DNA from: Salmonella phage vB_Si_CECAV_FGS017
Sequence record: PP429239.1
Length of the DNA stretch: 32,000 nt
Direction: 5' to 3' (one strand)
Part shown: piece by piece, positions 1-9,425 of the stretch
How positions within the stretch are numbered: position 1 is the stretch's first letter
Layout of the letters: each line of letters begins with the position of its first letter
Made by a program: the position numbers and the translations under genes
Notes under the pieces: model-generated
Seen by the model: only the letters and a program-made list of their open reading frames with translations
What the model was told of the DNA's origin: nothing
The model's database searches: none

Positions 1-109
1 GGCGAAAATACTTAGTCTGCTAACCGCCACCCCCGTTACTATTACCATGCTAACTGTTTCACCCTGCAACCATTTTAATTGCAGGGTGAAACTATTTCAA
101 CTTTAATTA

Positions 110-844
110 TTACGCAACTTTTAGTTTCTCAATATATTGTTGCGGGCTGCAACTATATTCTGCGCGTTCTTCCTCGGTCATACTTTCCCAACATAATTGC
201 AGGCGGTCGGCTAGGAACTGATAATCATTATCATCCTCAAGAGATTCATCAATAAAGGTTTCACCTATCAATGTAACCCCAATCGATAGAATATCGTTAA
301 TAGCTTGTGCGTCCAGCGTTTTAAATCCGTATGATGCCGCCGCTGATAGCACGCCTTTATGATCATCAATCATTGTAAAATCAGCGTTAGGATATAACTG
401 TTTAAATAATTCAAAATAATAAGATTTATATACTGCGTCTTTGCTGTGGTATATTTCGCTAACCTTATCAGCTTTAAAATATTTGTGTAGTGTATCGCGG
501 GAAAATACGCGGATATTACTATTACCACGACCGCGCAACCCTTGTTTACGCAAGAAATAATAGTCCGACTTACTCATCAGTCGAGCGGTGCAAATAATGT
601 TTAAAGTATTTGCGTCATTCATGCACTGGCGCATATATTCAACCAATGGCAATAAAGTATCTTGCATTATTAAATGGTGTTTACACGCTTCATTTTTATA
701 CTTATTTAAATCTAAATTGCCCTCGCTATCAAAGCAGGGTGCTACACGATGGAAAGAATTAATGATAGTGCCGTCTAAATCCCAAATCATGACGCGGGAA
801 ATATGCGGGAAGCTGCGGGAAAGGTTCATGATAGCTTTATTCAT
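110..844 (-). CDS. dmp: HAD-family 5'-deoxyribonucleotidase, T5 dmp-like
   Basis: 244-aa ORF with HAD motifs (VMIWDLDGTIINSF, MIDDHKG). Length and synteny with A1/A2 match the T5 pre-early region. Confidence 0.85.
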   Translation of the reverse strand: MNKAIMNLSRSFPHISRVMIWDLDGTIINSFHRVAPCFDSEGNLDLNKYKNEACKHHLIMQDTLLPLVEYMRQCMNDANTLNIICTARLMSKSDYYFLRKQGLRGRGNSNIRVFSRDTLHKYFKADKVSEIYHSKDAVYKSYYFELFKQLYPNADFTMIDDHKGVLSAAASYGFKTLDAQAINDILSIGVTLIGETFIDESLEDDNDYQFLADRLQLCWESMTEEERAEYSCSPQQYIEKLKVA

Positions 845-923
845 TTGTTACGTTCTCCATTTAAGGGATTAGATTAATTCAGCATTACCCGCTATTTATA
901 AGCGGGTAATAATAAATTAACTA

Positions 924-1316
924 TTAAAGACCATAAGCCAACGCATCGGCGATAAAACTAACATCCTCACCTGATACATGGGAACGAATCCCCGCACAAG
1001 TATATACTTTTGCAGAAATCAATTGATCATCAAGGCAAGCGGGGCAAGGCGCGACAACTGCAAAGGCTAGACCGGATTTTACTGCGTCGATGATAATCGT
1101 TTCTTGTTTCACCGTGTCAACATAAACGCCTTTTGCTTTAATATGGCTAGTTAGTTTGCCTTGCATATATGCAAATGTTGTAACCTGCAAAGCGTCATTG
1201 AAATCTAGCAATTCATCAATAACGTGCCCCGCCTCGACGTGGTAACGCTCACCATTAGAATAAACCAGAACAATTGAGGATTGAGCGCGGTCAAATGGAA
1301 TATTTTGCTTTTTCAT
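924..1316 (-). CDS. hypothetical pre-early protein
   Basis: 130-aa ORF in the minus-strand pre-early operon. Confidence 0.7.
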   Translation of the reverse strand: MKKQNIPFDRAQSSIVLVYSNGERYHVEAGHVIDELLDFNDALQVTTFAYMQGKLTSHIKAKGVYVDTVKQETIIIDAVKSGLAFAVVAPCPACLDDQLISAKVYTCAGIRSHVSGEDVSFIADALAYGL

Positions 1317-1354
1317 GTTTATAAAACTCCAATTAGTTTAATAATGGATTTAAT

Positions 1355-1612
1355 TTATTTGATAATAATCTGCATCTGGTACGGCGTTAATTCACCGTTT
1401 ACGGGTAAATTATTATCGCTTAGCCACTCATAAAAAGCACCATCATCGTCAAAGGGTACAATATCATTATCACGATAATCGACCGTAATAATCCCATCAG
1501 TATTAGTTTTGGCGGCTAGAATAGGCCCGAAGCTGTAAACTTTATCGGATTCCATTTCATCCGGTGAAATAAATGCTTTTTCGTCTAGCGTTTTGGGTAA
1601 TGTAACTTTCAT
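1355..1612 (-). CDS. hypothetical pre-early protein
   Basis: 85-aa ORF, collinear with its neighbours. Confidence 0.65.
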   Translation of the reverse strand: MKVTLPKTLDEKAFISPDEMESDKVYSFGPILAAKTNTDGIITVDYRDNDIVPFDDDGAFYEWLSDNNLPVNGELTPYQMQIIIK

Positions 1613-1668
1613 TCTAATTTAGCTCCTGTAATAGCGGCTATATTTCAAGCCGCTAGGGGATTAATTAT

Positions 1669-3333
1669 TTACGCAAAGAATTTACCGTTTTTAAAGTCAA
1701 TCAAAGTGCGCTGACCGTTTGCATAGGTAATTAAATGCGTTTGCGTCCAGCTTGACGCGCCAACGTTGTAACCCATATCCAGACTACCAGCTACGCCAGC
1801 GGTATACACGCCGCCATAAATGCTGGCGGTGTGAGTGTGTCCGGTGTTTAATTTGCCCAATTTCTTAAATTGTTTAGGATTGCCACGGCTGCCGTTAATG
1901 CCGTTGTGACCGTGTACGCCGCATTCAATGCCTGCAATCTTGAAAGATTGGTCAGTAGTTAGAAAAATGGCGTTAAACTCACAACCTGCAACCTTGCGCA
2001 GCGCATAATCTAGCACGTTGAAAGTATCGTCTTTTTCTGCAATAGCTCCATAAATCGCGGCATTTAGGCGGTGATATAGTTCCGCGTTTGCTGGATCGTC
2101 TTTAATGTTAGCATTACGATCATCAAGCCAACGGGATAGCGCCAAATCGTGATTAGATTCAACAATGATTGTTTGCGAGAAATCACGTTCCATTGATTCC
2201 AGCACGCGCCCCGTATCGATAAGATCATCTAATACCTTATCACGTCCGGCGGCGTATTGTTTTGCTAGGAATACACCGGATGCGCGGTTGTGATGGTTGC
2301 GTGATGTAAAATCATGCACGTCATGGATAAACTGATATTTAGGCTTGAGAATATCAAGCAAGCTATTTTCGCCCGCCCATGACGCAACGGCACAATCATC
2401 ATCTAATTTTTCTGCGTGAATATCGCCGTATTGTAAACCTAAAACGTGTCCCGTTGTTTCATAGCATCCGGCGGGAGTAGCACAAACATTCAGATCATAA
2501 AATACCCCGCTTTCATCCATCGTTTCAAGCTGGCGAACAAAAAACTCACCGTCTTCGTCGAACTCGACAATAAGCGCACCGAAATTATGCAATGCTTCGG
2601 CTTTTTGTCCTGCCTTCTGCTGAATGTAGTTTTTGAGCGTTGCCGTTCCGGTTGAGTACATACGGCGCACTACTTCACCTTTTAAAGCTGGCACGCTTTC
2701 AGCGGTAATTTTAGCGTGACCAATTGCCAGACCTTCCAGATTAAGCGCCGTTGCAGTTTCAGCGAATCCAGAAAGCGGATAATCTGCGGTTGGCAAAACG
2801 TTAATTTCAGCCATGAAAGCAAAACGGCGGTTATTTAAAAACACGTTTTTATTGCAGATATATTTGTCAAATGCGGAATCATATTTTATTCCTTCTGCAC
2901 CCTCGCCATTTTGAAAACCGTTTTTGTTATAAATAAACTTGCTAACCAGCAAATCAGCGCCGATATATTTAGCAAATTGCTCCAATGAGGCTAAAAAGTT
3001 TTTATGCGGGAAAGTATTATTCTGAATCGACGTAATAATAAAGCGTTTACCCTGCTTTACTTCCCATTGCTCAACCGTGCTAGAAACAATCCCCGCCGCT
3101 TCTGGACGCTCATCGTTTTTAATGGCTTTTGCTACTTTCGCCGCTTTCGGTTTAGCTGGTTTATTTGCTTCCAACCAGTCGCAGATAGCGGTCGAGTGTT
3201 TTGTTGTATCGTAGACCGCTTTTGATATATCGTCGCAGACCTCCAGTTTAGTAGCGCGCAGACGTTTACCATAGAAATTAAAGTCAGCGGCCATTTTCAG
3301 GATAACGGTTTGTTTTTCTGCGGAAATAATCAT
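1669..3333 (-). CDS. A1: A1-like pre-early protein (metallophosphoesterase-like)
   Basis: 554 aa with phosphoesterase-type motifs (IVESNHDLAL, GVHGHNG, GHTHTASI). Size and position match T5 A1. Confidence 0.85.
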   Translation of the reverse strand: MIISAEKQTVILKMAADFNFYGKRLRATKLEVCDDISKAVYDTTKHSTAICDWLEANKPAKPKAAKVAKAIKNDERPEAAGIVSSTVEQWEVKQGKRFIITSIQNNTFPHKNFLASLEQFAKYIGADLLVSKFIYNKNGFQNGEGAEGIKYDSAFDKYICNKNVFLNNRRFAFMAEINVLPTADYPLSGFAETATALNLEGLAIGHAKITAESVPALKGEVVRRMYSTGTATLKNYIQQKAGQKAEALHNFGALIVEFDEDGEFFVRQLETMDESGVFYDLNVCATPAGCYETTGHVLGLQYGDIHAEKLDDDCAVASWAGENSLLDILKPKYQFIHDVHDFTSRNHHNRASGVFLAKQYAAGRDKVLDDLIDTGRVLESMERDFSQTIIVESNHDLALSRWLDDRNANIKDDPANAELYHRLNAAIYGAIAEKDDTFNVLDYALRKVAGCEFNAIFLTTDQSFKIAGIECGVHGHNGINGSRGNPKQFKKLGKLNTGHTHTASIYGGVYTAGVAGSLDMGYNVGASSWTQTHLITYANGQRTLIDFKNGKFFA

Positions 3334-3430
3334 ATTAATAAAACTCCATTAAAGGGATTAAAAAACGTTTGTTATTGGCAAATATTGCCAAATATAACGC
3401 CGTTTATTTACAGCGTTATAATTTGCAACA

Positions 3431-3628
3431 TTAATTTAAAGGCATAAGACTAGAACTAACACCACAAGCAACGGCGGCAATAAAACAAATCAGACCTAAA
3501 CGCTTTGCCAGTTTAGATTTACGCTTAAAATAATATGAATCTAAATCATTTTGAAAATAAGCGAATAGTAATGAGGCCGCCATAATAAATAAGCCTAGAA
3601 TTAACGATTCAGTGGGGTAAAAAATCAT
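3431..3628 (-). CDS. small membrane protein
   Basis: Listed ORF trimmed to the internal start MIFYPTES. Two hydrophobic segments. Confidence 0.5.
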   Translation of the reverse strand: MIFYPTESLILGLFIMAASLLFAYFQNDLDSYYFKRKSKLAKRLGLICFIAAVACGVSSSLMPLN

Positions 3629-3685
3629 TTTAATAACTCCAGTCAAAGGGAAATTATAGTGGGGAATATTCCCCACTAATTAAAT

Positions 3686-4093
3686 TTATTCACCTGCGGC
3701 CTGTTTTACTTCATCGGCAACGCCTAACAGTTGCGCTACTGCGTCCAGCGTTTCAAGTTTTGCACTTTCCAGACTTGCCAGATCATCGGCGTCTTTGATA
3801 ATGCCGGAATCAATAGCATGTTTAGCGATAACGCGCACATAATGAGCTTTACGGATTGAGCTACCGCCGCCTACTTTGCGCGGCTTATCGCTTTTTTGAT
3901 ATGCTTTCGCGCTGGTCAATTTTGACCGAACGGATACGGGAGAGGCCGCGCCTACTGCTTTCGCAATCTCTTTCAGACCGTCGCTATTTGCGAAATCTAA
4001 ACCGTTTTCATTGATTAACTGCTGATACATGGAAACGGCTTTTTGGGTGTTTTCTTCATTCCAAGCAAATTTTGCGGTTTTAACGTTAGTCAT
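3686..4093 (-). CDS. A2: A2-like pre-early protein (DNA transfer)
   Basis: 135-aa ORF (MTNVKTAKFAWNEENTQKAV...), same length and location as T5 A2. Confidence 0.85.
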   Translation of the reverse strand: MTNVKTAKFAWNEENTQKAVSMYQQLINENGLDFANSDGLKEIAKAVGAASPVSVRSKLTSAKAYQKSDKPRKVGGGSSIRKAHYVRVIAKHAIDSGIIKDADDLASLESAKLETLDAVAQLLGVADEVKQAAGE

Positions 4094-4194
4094 GGTAAAA
4101 ACTCCTATTAGTTTAATTTAAGGGATTTAATGATTAACTTAATGTTAATCGTTATATTCCCCATATTTCAGGGGAATATAAAGTTAACACTAAA

Positions 4195-4446
4195 TTACAA
4201 AACAGCTTCCCATTTTTCGTTGCGTTGAACAACCTTTACAACATCGCCGGATTTAACGCGAACGCTAAAAACGGGCTTGCCGTTGTTACTGCGTTCCGTT
4301 TCAGCGTATACCGCGTCGATTGTATCGAACGGCATAAGCGCCGCACCTTTAATGCGTTCGGCTTTTCCGGTTAATTCATCCGTTTTAGTAACGAAAGGAA
4401 TAAAAACGGATTGACCAATTTTTGGCGCGGTAATAACGTTTTGCAT
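4195..4446 (-). CDS. hypothetical protein
   Basis: 83-aa ORF in the pre-early operon. Confidence 0.6.
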   Translation of the reverse strand: MQNVITAPKIGQSVFIPFVTKTDELTGKAERIKGAALMPFDTIDAVYAETERSNNGKPVFSVRVKSGDVVKVVQRNEKWEAVL

Positions 4447-4647
4447 AATATAAACTCCGAGTTATTTAGTGGATTGTTCCGCATTACCTGCTAGAAAGTA
4501 GCAGGTAATAAGTAACAATCCGCTCGCCAGTATAATCGATTTAAAGAACTCCACGTAGGCCGCTATATCCCAGTTAGGGGGCGGGATGCATTATGGTAAG
4601 CACCGACCGTCAAATTTTATCAAGTTATCGCTCTTGTCGAACTGGGT

Positions 4648-4676
4648 ACATCTTAAAACCTATCGGCTAGGTTGTC
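4648..4676 (-). promoter_or_regulatory. sigma70-like promoter for the pre-early minus-strand operon
   Basis: Minus strand reads TTGACA-N17-TAAGAT, upstream of the 4195-4446 ORF and A2. Confidence 0.5.
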
Positions 4677-4878
4677 AAACAATTTTTTGAGATTTTTTAT
4701 GATTTTCTTTCAGGTCAATCATAATATTTCGCCAGATCATTTCCAGACCTTGCTGGCGACCTTTCTTGTACTGCTTAAATCGATATTTTACCGATCTTTG
4801 CGCTACTGTCAACAAATTTTTTGTTTTGCTATCTAGTGCCTTGCTAGGCTTGCCAGTGATCAATAAAGTTTGTTTCAT
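4675..4878 (-). CDS. hypothetical basic protein
   Basis: 67-aa ORF MKQTLLITGKPSKALDS..., Lys/Arg rich. Confidence 0.4.
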   Translation of the reverse strand: MKQTLLITGKPSKALDSKTKNLLTVAQRSVKYRFKQYKKGRQQGLEMIWRNIMIDLKENHKKSQKIV

Positions 4879-4976
4879 ATCTGCGATTCCTTATAATATA
4901 AGTTTACCGCCGATAGACTTTAAGATGTACCCAATTTTTAAAGAGCGCGGCGGTAAACTTCCCGCCGTGTAGTTCG

Positions 4977-5162
4977 TCATTGCCGCCCTACGAGATAAAT
5001 AATAGCAAATACCAAAAATGGCGCAACCTTATTTTTGTAAAGAAATGTAAAGACACGATTCACCGGACGGCGTGCGGCGACCTGGACGCGGCGCACTAAA
5101 ATTAAAAGAAACGGGCGCGCGAATACCACAAAATATAGCAGATAGGCAAGTAATTTTTTCAT
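4977..5162 (-). CDS. putative small membrane protein
   Basis: 61-aa ORF with two hydrophobic segments flanking a basic loop. Confidence 0.35.
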   Translation of the reverse strand: MKKLLAYLLYFVVFARPFLLILVRRVQVAARRPVNRVFTFLYKNKVAPFLVFAIIYLVGRQ

Positions 5163-5387
5163 TTATATTTGCTTTGCCCTACTTGACAAAACTTAAAAAG
5201 CTCGTGGTAGCGATAAACGAGGGTAGGCAATGCAATGGCATGGCTAAAACTTTCATCGCGTTCTAGGGCGTTTTAGGCCGCTTATTTTCGACTTAACAAA
5301 TCATTAACATAAGCAAAATTGAAAAATAGTTTGAAAAGATCTTGACTTTTAAAAATCAAGATCAAATGACTTATTTTATAAAATAAA

Positions 5388-5906
5388 TTAATTGACAATT
5401 CCATATTCAGCTTTTTTAATTTCAAGCCATAATAATAACTCTTGTAAATCGTAACCAGACTTACTAACACGCTTGTTAGTAATAGGATTCTTAATTTGAG
5501 CAGTCAAATAGTCACGCCCGTAATTATCACGGGGGCGAACTTTATTAACGTAAATGTTTTTAGGGATACCATTAGCACGCTTACAATTTTCATACTCACT
5601 AGGAGTGCGATTATAATTATTCTGCGAACTATCAACCGCGCGAAGATTCCAGATGTTATTATTACGAGTGTTACGATCAATATGGTCAATCATTAGCTCG
5701 CTATCTATACCGCCATTCATTATACAAAAGATAATTCTATGTACTTTGAATTGTCCCATGTCTAATAGTTCAACTTGCCAATAATTACCATTTAAACCAC
5801 CTGCGACGGCGTGATCTTCCCGCCAACGTAAAAATGATAACGCTGTTTCATCATAATAAAAGTAACTATTAAAAAGACCATAATCTATATCTTTATATTT
5901 AGGCAT
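5388..5906 (-). CDS. HNH homing endonuclease-like protein
   Basis: 172 aa with WQVELLDMGQFKVHRIIFCIMNGG...LMIDHIDRNTRNNNIWNLR (HNH core). Confidence 0.85.
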   Translation of the reverse strand: MPKYKDIDYGLFNSYFYYDETALSFLRWREDHAVAGGLNGNYWQVELLDMGQFKVHRIIFCIMNGGIDSELMIDHIDRNTRNNNIWNLRAVDSSQNNYNRTPSEYENCKRANGIPKNIYVNKVRPRDNYGRDYLTAQIKNPITNKRVSKSGYDLQELLLWLEIKKAEYGIVN

Positions 5907-6096
5907 CTAATTGTTTCCTTATGTTATTAATTTAATCTCTATTATATTATATCAAAATAGTTAGCAGACTAGCTAATGAGGTTTTCCGGTTTAATTAGCT
6001 GACTCATAATCACCCTAAAAACCTATTAGCCAACTAACTATATTTTACGATATAATAACTTTATAAATTAGTTAGTGAGAAAAACTATCATTTAAG

Positions 6097-6178
6097 TTAT
6101 CCACAGAATTAATCACAGCACAAAATGATTTGACACGATAGGCGACGATATAAGGACTTATCCACAGACTTATCCACA
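6097..6178 (+). promoter_or_regulatory. three DnaA boxes TTATCCACA
   Basis: Exact TTATCCACA at 6097-6105, 6158-6166 and 6170-6178. Confidence 0.75.
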
Positions 6179-6186
6179 TGTTATCC

Positions 6187-6206
6187 TACTGTATAAATAT
6201 ACAGGG
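6187..6206. promoter_or_regulatory. LexA/SOS-box-like site
   Basis: TACTGTATAAATATACAGGG has CTGT-N8-ACAG with an AT-rich core, like the enterobacterial LexA consensus. Confidence 0.6.
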
Positions 6207-6470
6207 TAAAAAGGTAGTGTTAACAACTGCAATCAATTTTAGGCGGCCTAAAACGCTTTCTAACGAGCTAAATGCGGTGGGGTAATATTAAAGTAAAGCC
6301 TTCACCCGTCGCCCTGGTGGCTTCACCGTGTTTTGCTCTTTACTGTACCGCTGCGCGGTTAGCATAAAACTAGGCGCTAGGCAAGGAAAATAAAAAGGTA
6401 AAATAATATTTGCCTATGCTAGAAAATTGCCTTTATCATTCACTCACCGATTAACGAGGGAGGCCAACAA

Positions 6471-7463
6471 ATGAGGCTTTATAAACCAGATAACGCAACC
6501 GTCTTAAAGGGTGCGCTGCGTAACCTGCTGGACGGTAGCAGAACAACCAGCATCAAACATTTTGTTAACAAGGCCGAAGATATTCATCAAAACTTTTTTG
6601 ATGATTTCGATGCCTATGATATGAGTAGTTTTTTGCAACTGTATAAGCAAGGGGCAACGATTATCTTGTATAATCGGGATAATCACTTGCTTACTAGCAG
6701 GGGGCCGGACACTGATTTCATAATCGTAAAAGGTAACACAGTAAAAGCCTATGATACTGGGGCGGGCTTAGAAGTTTTTTCAATAGAAAATTATGAGCCT
6801 TATGATAAGGATCTTTATGACGTTGAAAACTTTCTTGATTCATTTTGGCGTTATTTATCCGTTGGGTGGAATCGGTCGGATTATGACGGTTATCGTCTGG
6901 CGGCTGTAATGGCTTTTGATGGCGACGGTAATTTTTTGCTACCGTCGGAAATATACCCCTACGTATATGATGGGGATATAGAAAGCGCGGGCTTTTCTTT
7001 CTGGAAGGAGGAGGATCAGCCCATTGACAATATAGAAAAACATGCTGTAAATTCTAACACTCAAAGCGTTATCACTCAAACTACTGAAAATAAAGGAAAA
7101 AATGCCATGACCAAGATCGCTAATATCGTTGCCGCTAATAAGTCTGCCGTTGTAAACGCTGCAAAACTGGAAGCGGGTAAAATTGCACTGACTCAAATTA
7201 CGAAAGTAGCGGCTAAAAAAGCACCATTCATGATCAAAGGTTATATCGATACGCCTATTGGTCGAGTAGTGATTGCTAACCTGCTGAGTGTAGCGGTTGA
7301 CCAGTACGCCCCAAATAACCAAAAGGCGAAAGCGGTAGCAGGGGCGGCTATGGAAGCGGCTATGTTAGAAATGGTGCAAAGTTTTAACATTGCTGAAATG
7401 ATTGACGAAATGGTGAAAGGTATTGATATTTCTACTTTCACCGTTAACACCGAAAACGAGTAA
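6471..7463 (+). CDS. hypothetical protein
   Basis: 330-aa ORF preceded by GGGAGG. N-terminal domain unknown; C-terminal part Ala-rich. Confidence 0.8.
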   Translation: MRLYKPDNATVLKGALRNLLDGSRTTSIKHFVNKAEDIHQNFFDDFDAYDMSSFLQLYKQGATIILYNRDNHLLTSRGPDTDFIIVKGNTVKAYDTGAGLEVFSIENYEPYDKDLYDVENFLDSFWRYLSVGWNRSDYDGYRLAAVMAFDGDGNFLLPSEIYPYVYDGDIESAGFSFWKEEDQPIDNIEKHAVNSNTQSVITQTTENKGKNAMTKIANIVAANKSAVVNAAKLEAGKIALTQITKVAAKKAPFMIKGYIDTPIGRVVIANLLSVAVDQYAPNNQKAKAVAGAAMEAAMLEMVQSFNIAEMIDEMVKGIDISTFTVNTENE

Positions 7464-7490
7464 TAATTAACCTATTGTAAAGTTTTGTAA

Positions 7491-7518
7491 AGGTCGCCAT
7501 AATCGGTGGCCTTTTTTG
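7491..7518 (+). terminator. rho-independent terminator
   Basis: GGTCGCC-ATAATC-GGTGGCC (imperfect hairpin) followed by TTTTTTG. Confidence 0.6.
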
Positions 7519-7580
7519 TTATAATGCCCTTACACCGTTCGAGGACGGTTGAAAATTTCCCAAAAATTTGGAGGCTTATA

Positions 7581-7811
7581 ATGGTTGCTTATTCTTCTTC
7601 TGACGCTCTTTTCACTGGAAAAGGCTGGGTATCAAATCGCTGGATCATTCAGGAAATGGTGCAAGAATATGGCATTGCTAAAACATACACTACCATCCAG
7701 GCGCTTTATGATAATGATCAAATCGATCAGCAAACGGCGGGCTTTTTGCTGGATACCCTGAAAGCAGAACATTGCACCAAAAAACAAGCGGCTAAAATTG
7801 TTTTAATGTAA
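7581..7811 (+). CDS. hypothetical protein
   Basis: ATG at 7581 preceded by TTGGAGGCTTATA. 76 aa, trimmed from the listed ORF start at 7506. Confidence 0.7.
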   Translation: MVAYSSSDALFTGKGWVSNRWIIQEMVQEYGIAKTYTTIQALYDNDQIDQQTAGFLLDTLKAEHCTKKQAAKIVLM

Positions 7812-7860
7812 TTAATAACGGGGCGAAAGTAACGCCCCATTAGCTAGGGGAGTATTACAA

Positions 7861-8043
7861 ATGGTTATTTTTCGGGCTATTCTGGCGGGTATCTTGGGCG
7901 CTATTTTGACTCTTTTCGCCACCGCTTATGGTATTCAAGATTCTTATTGCAGTCTAGCAAATACAAAACCAATGGTTACTATTGGCGCGGGTATCGCTGT
8001 ATTTTCTTATCTGCTGGGCTGCATGACTAGTAAAGGAGAATAA
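7861..8043 (+). CDS. small membrane protein
   Basis: 60 aa with two hydrophobic helices; GGGGAG upstream. Confidence 0.6.
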   Translation: MVIFRAILAGILGAILTLFATAYGIQDSYCSLANTKPMVTIGAGIAVFSYLLGCMTSKGE

Positions 8044-8046
8044 AAA

Positions 8047-8259
8047 ATGATTCGTAACGTTTCCCTTGCTCGTTCCAAAGGCTTTAAGCTGGTGGACGTT
8101 AACACGTTCGAGCGGGAAGACTGTAAAATCGAATATGTAGCACGGAATAAAAACGCCTTTCGTGTTACAGAAAAGAAATTCGATAAGCGTGGCAACGTGA
8201 TAGCTGAAACGGTTAAATATTTTGCCACCTTTTACGCGGCCTTTCGTGGGGTACTATGA
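8047..8259 (+). CDS. hypothetical protein
   Basis: 70-aa ORF with overlapping or near-contiguous neighbours. Confidence 0.6.
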   Translation: MIRNVSLARSKGFKLVDVNTFEREDCKIEYVARNKNAFRVTEKKFDKRGNVIAETVKYFATFYAAFRGVL

Positions 8260-8381
8260 AAAGCGTTATTGTTGTTATCCTTGCAATGGTTGGCGGTTTT
8301 ATTGCCACCTTATTTAAGAATGATCCCCTTTTACTGGGGATTTTTATGCTTTTATCTGGATACCTGATTGGGAGGTTATAA
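8256..8381 (+). CDS. small membrane protein (41 aa)
   Basis: MKSVIVVILAMVGGFIATLFKNDPLLLGIFMLLSGYLIGRL. The start overlaps the preceding stop (ATGA-type coupling). Confidence 0.5.
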   Translation: MKSVIVVILAMVGGFIATLFKNDPLLLGIFMLLSGYLIGRL

Positions 8382-8382
8382 A

Positions 8383-8727
8383 ATGGTTATTTATGAGGGC
8401 AACCGCTTTGTTGCTAATTGCCGTCCGGCATTACTAGCAAACTATTTAAACCAGCTTTCCCCAGCTTACAAGGGCGTTATTAATATTTATGAGGGCAAGG
8501 CGCATTATAAAATCAATGCGGTCGTTGCCCGTGAACTAGCGTTTCAATTTTTGACCTTTGCATCTTGCGACGTTCAGGTTATGGGTGAAGCATTAATTGC
8601 AGAAAATGAAGATGATTTTATTAATATTTTCCGCAAAGTATGCACCGAGCGCCTGATCATGAAAGGCGCATATATTCAATCCACTGCGGAAAGTATTGAA
8701 ACGGCTTTTCGAAAGGTGGCACAATGA
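8383..8727 (+). CDS. hypothetical protein
   Basis: ATG at 8383 preceded by GGGAGG. The listed TTG start at 8368 is less likely. Confidence 0.65.
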   Translation: MVIYEGNRFVANCRPALLANYLNQLSPAYKGVINIYEGKAHYKINAVVARELAFQFLTFASCDVQVMGEALIAENEDDFINIFRKVCTERLIMKGAYIQSTAESIETAFRKVAQ

Positions 8728-8828
8728 GATTATATATTTTCGTTGGTAATGTTGAGTCTGCGAATGATTCCGCTGGTGGCGGTAACGTTCGCCACTATTG
8801 GCAAAAATATATTTACTAGGGCGTTATT

Positions 8829-9032
8829 ATGAGCAATAAAATTGTTGTAACCAAAATTAGTACAATGGTTGATGTTTTTTACGTGCCCGATACGCCGGAA
8901 AACCGGCAAGCGGTAGAGCGTGGCGAGTATGATAAAGTGATTTATGATCACGATGGTTATTATCAGTATTTGGTCGATTCCTACGGGGAGGAGGAGAAGA
9001 TTACGCATCGACTACCAGAGGAGGATTTATGA
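8829..9032 (+). CDS. hypothetical protein
   Basis: 67-aa ORF. Confidence 0.55.
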   Translation: MSNKIVVTKISTMVDVFYVPDTPENRQAVERGEYDKVIYDHDGYYQYLVDSYGEEEKITHRLPEEDL

Positions 9033-9142
9033 AACGATGGTTTAATCACTGGTATAAACGGTTTTTAGTACGCCGTCGCAAGTCTAGGCATCAAGATGAG
9101 TGGCGGGAGTGGGCAAAGCGTAACGGTTGCCCACTACTATAA
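9029..9142 (+). CDS. very small basic protein (37 aa)
   Basis: MKRWFNHWYKRFLVRRRKSRHQDEWREWAKRNGCPLL. GAGGAGG upstream; overlaps the preceding stop. Confidence 0.45.
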   Translation: MKRWFNHWYKRFLVRRRKSRHQDEWREWAKRNGCPLL

Positions 9143-9397
9143 TAATCACGGGGCGCAACTATCAGGAAGTGCCCCAATTCTCAAATGAGAATCATTCTCA
9201 TTTGACCGCGCCCGCGATGGTTAGCCTGCTAATGGTTAGGGTGTTACGTGTCGCCTTGTGTGATCATTAGCGTGCTAACTAATTTTCAAGCCTCCTCCAA
9301 TTTTGCCCGTGTTTTAGTATCCCCACCAAAATTAAACGCGTTAGAATGCGATTCAGGACGTTTTAGCGATATATTAGAACTATTCACTGCGTAGGAA

Positions 9398-9417
9398 TAC
9401 TGTATATTTATACAGTA
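9398..9417. promoter_or_regulatory. LexA/SOS-box-like site
   Basis: TACTGTATATTTATACAGTA, nearly identical to the E. coli LexA consensus TACTGTATATATATACAGTA. Confidence 0.7.
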
Positions 9418-9425
9418 GGATAAGC

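Larger units (their letters stand above)
6097..6290. repeat. left arm of imperfect inverted repeat (DnaA boxes plus LexA-like box)
   Basis: The reverse complement aligns with 9316-9507. The inner 108-nt segments (6097-6204 and 9400-9507) are equal in length and share TTTATACAGTAGGATAA, TGTGGATAAGTCTG and terminal CTGTGGATAA. Confidence 0.8.

Noticed and set aside
4780-4815. Minus-strand TTGACA-N16-TAAAAT promoter match
   Set aside because: Lies inside the 4675-4878 ORF; plausible but not supported by any downstream gene boundary.
5282-5470. 62-aa minus-strand ORF downstream of the HNH gene
   Set aside because: Overlaps the 3' end of the better-supported HNH gene, low-complexity AT-rich sequence, no convincing start context.
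6145-6160. TTGACA...TATAAG on the plus strand between DnaA boxes as a promoter
   Set aside because: Spacing is only 13 bp, too short for sigma70.
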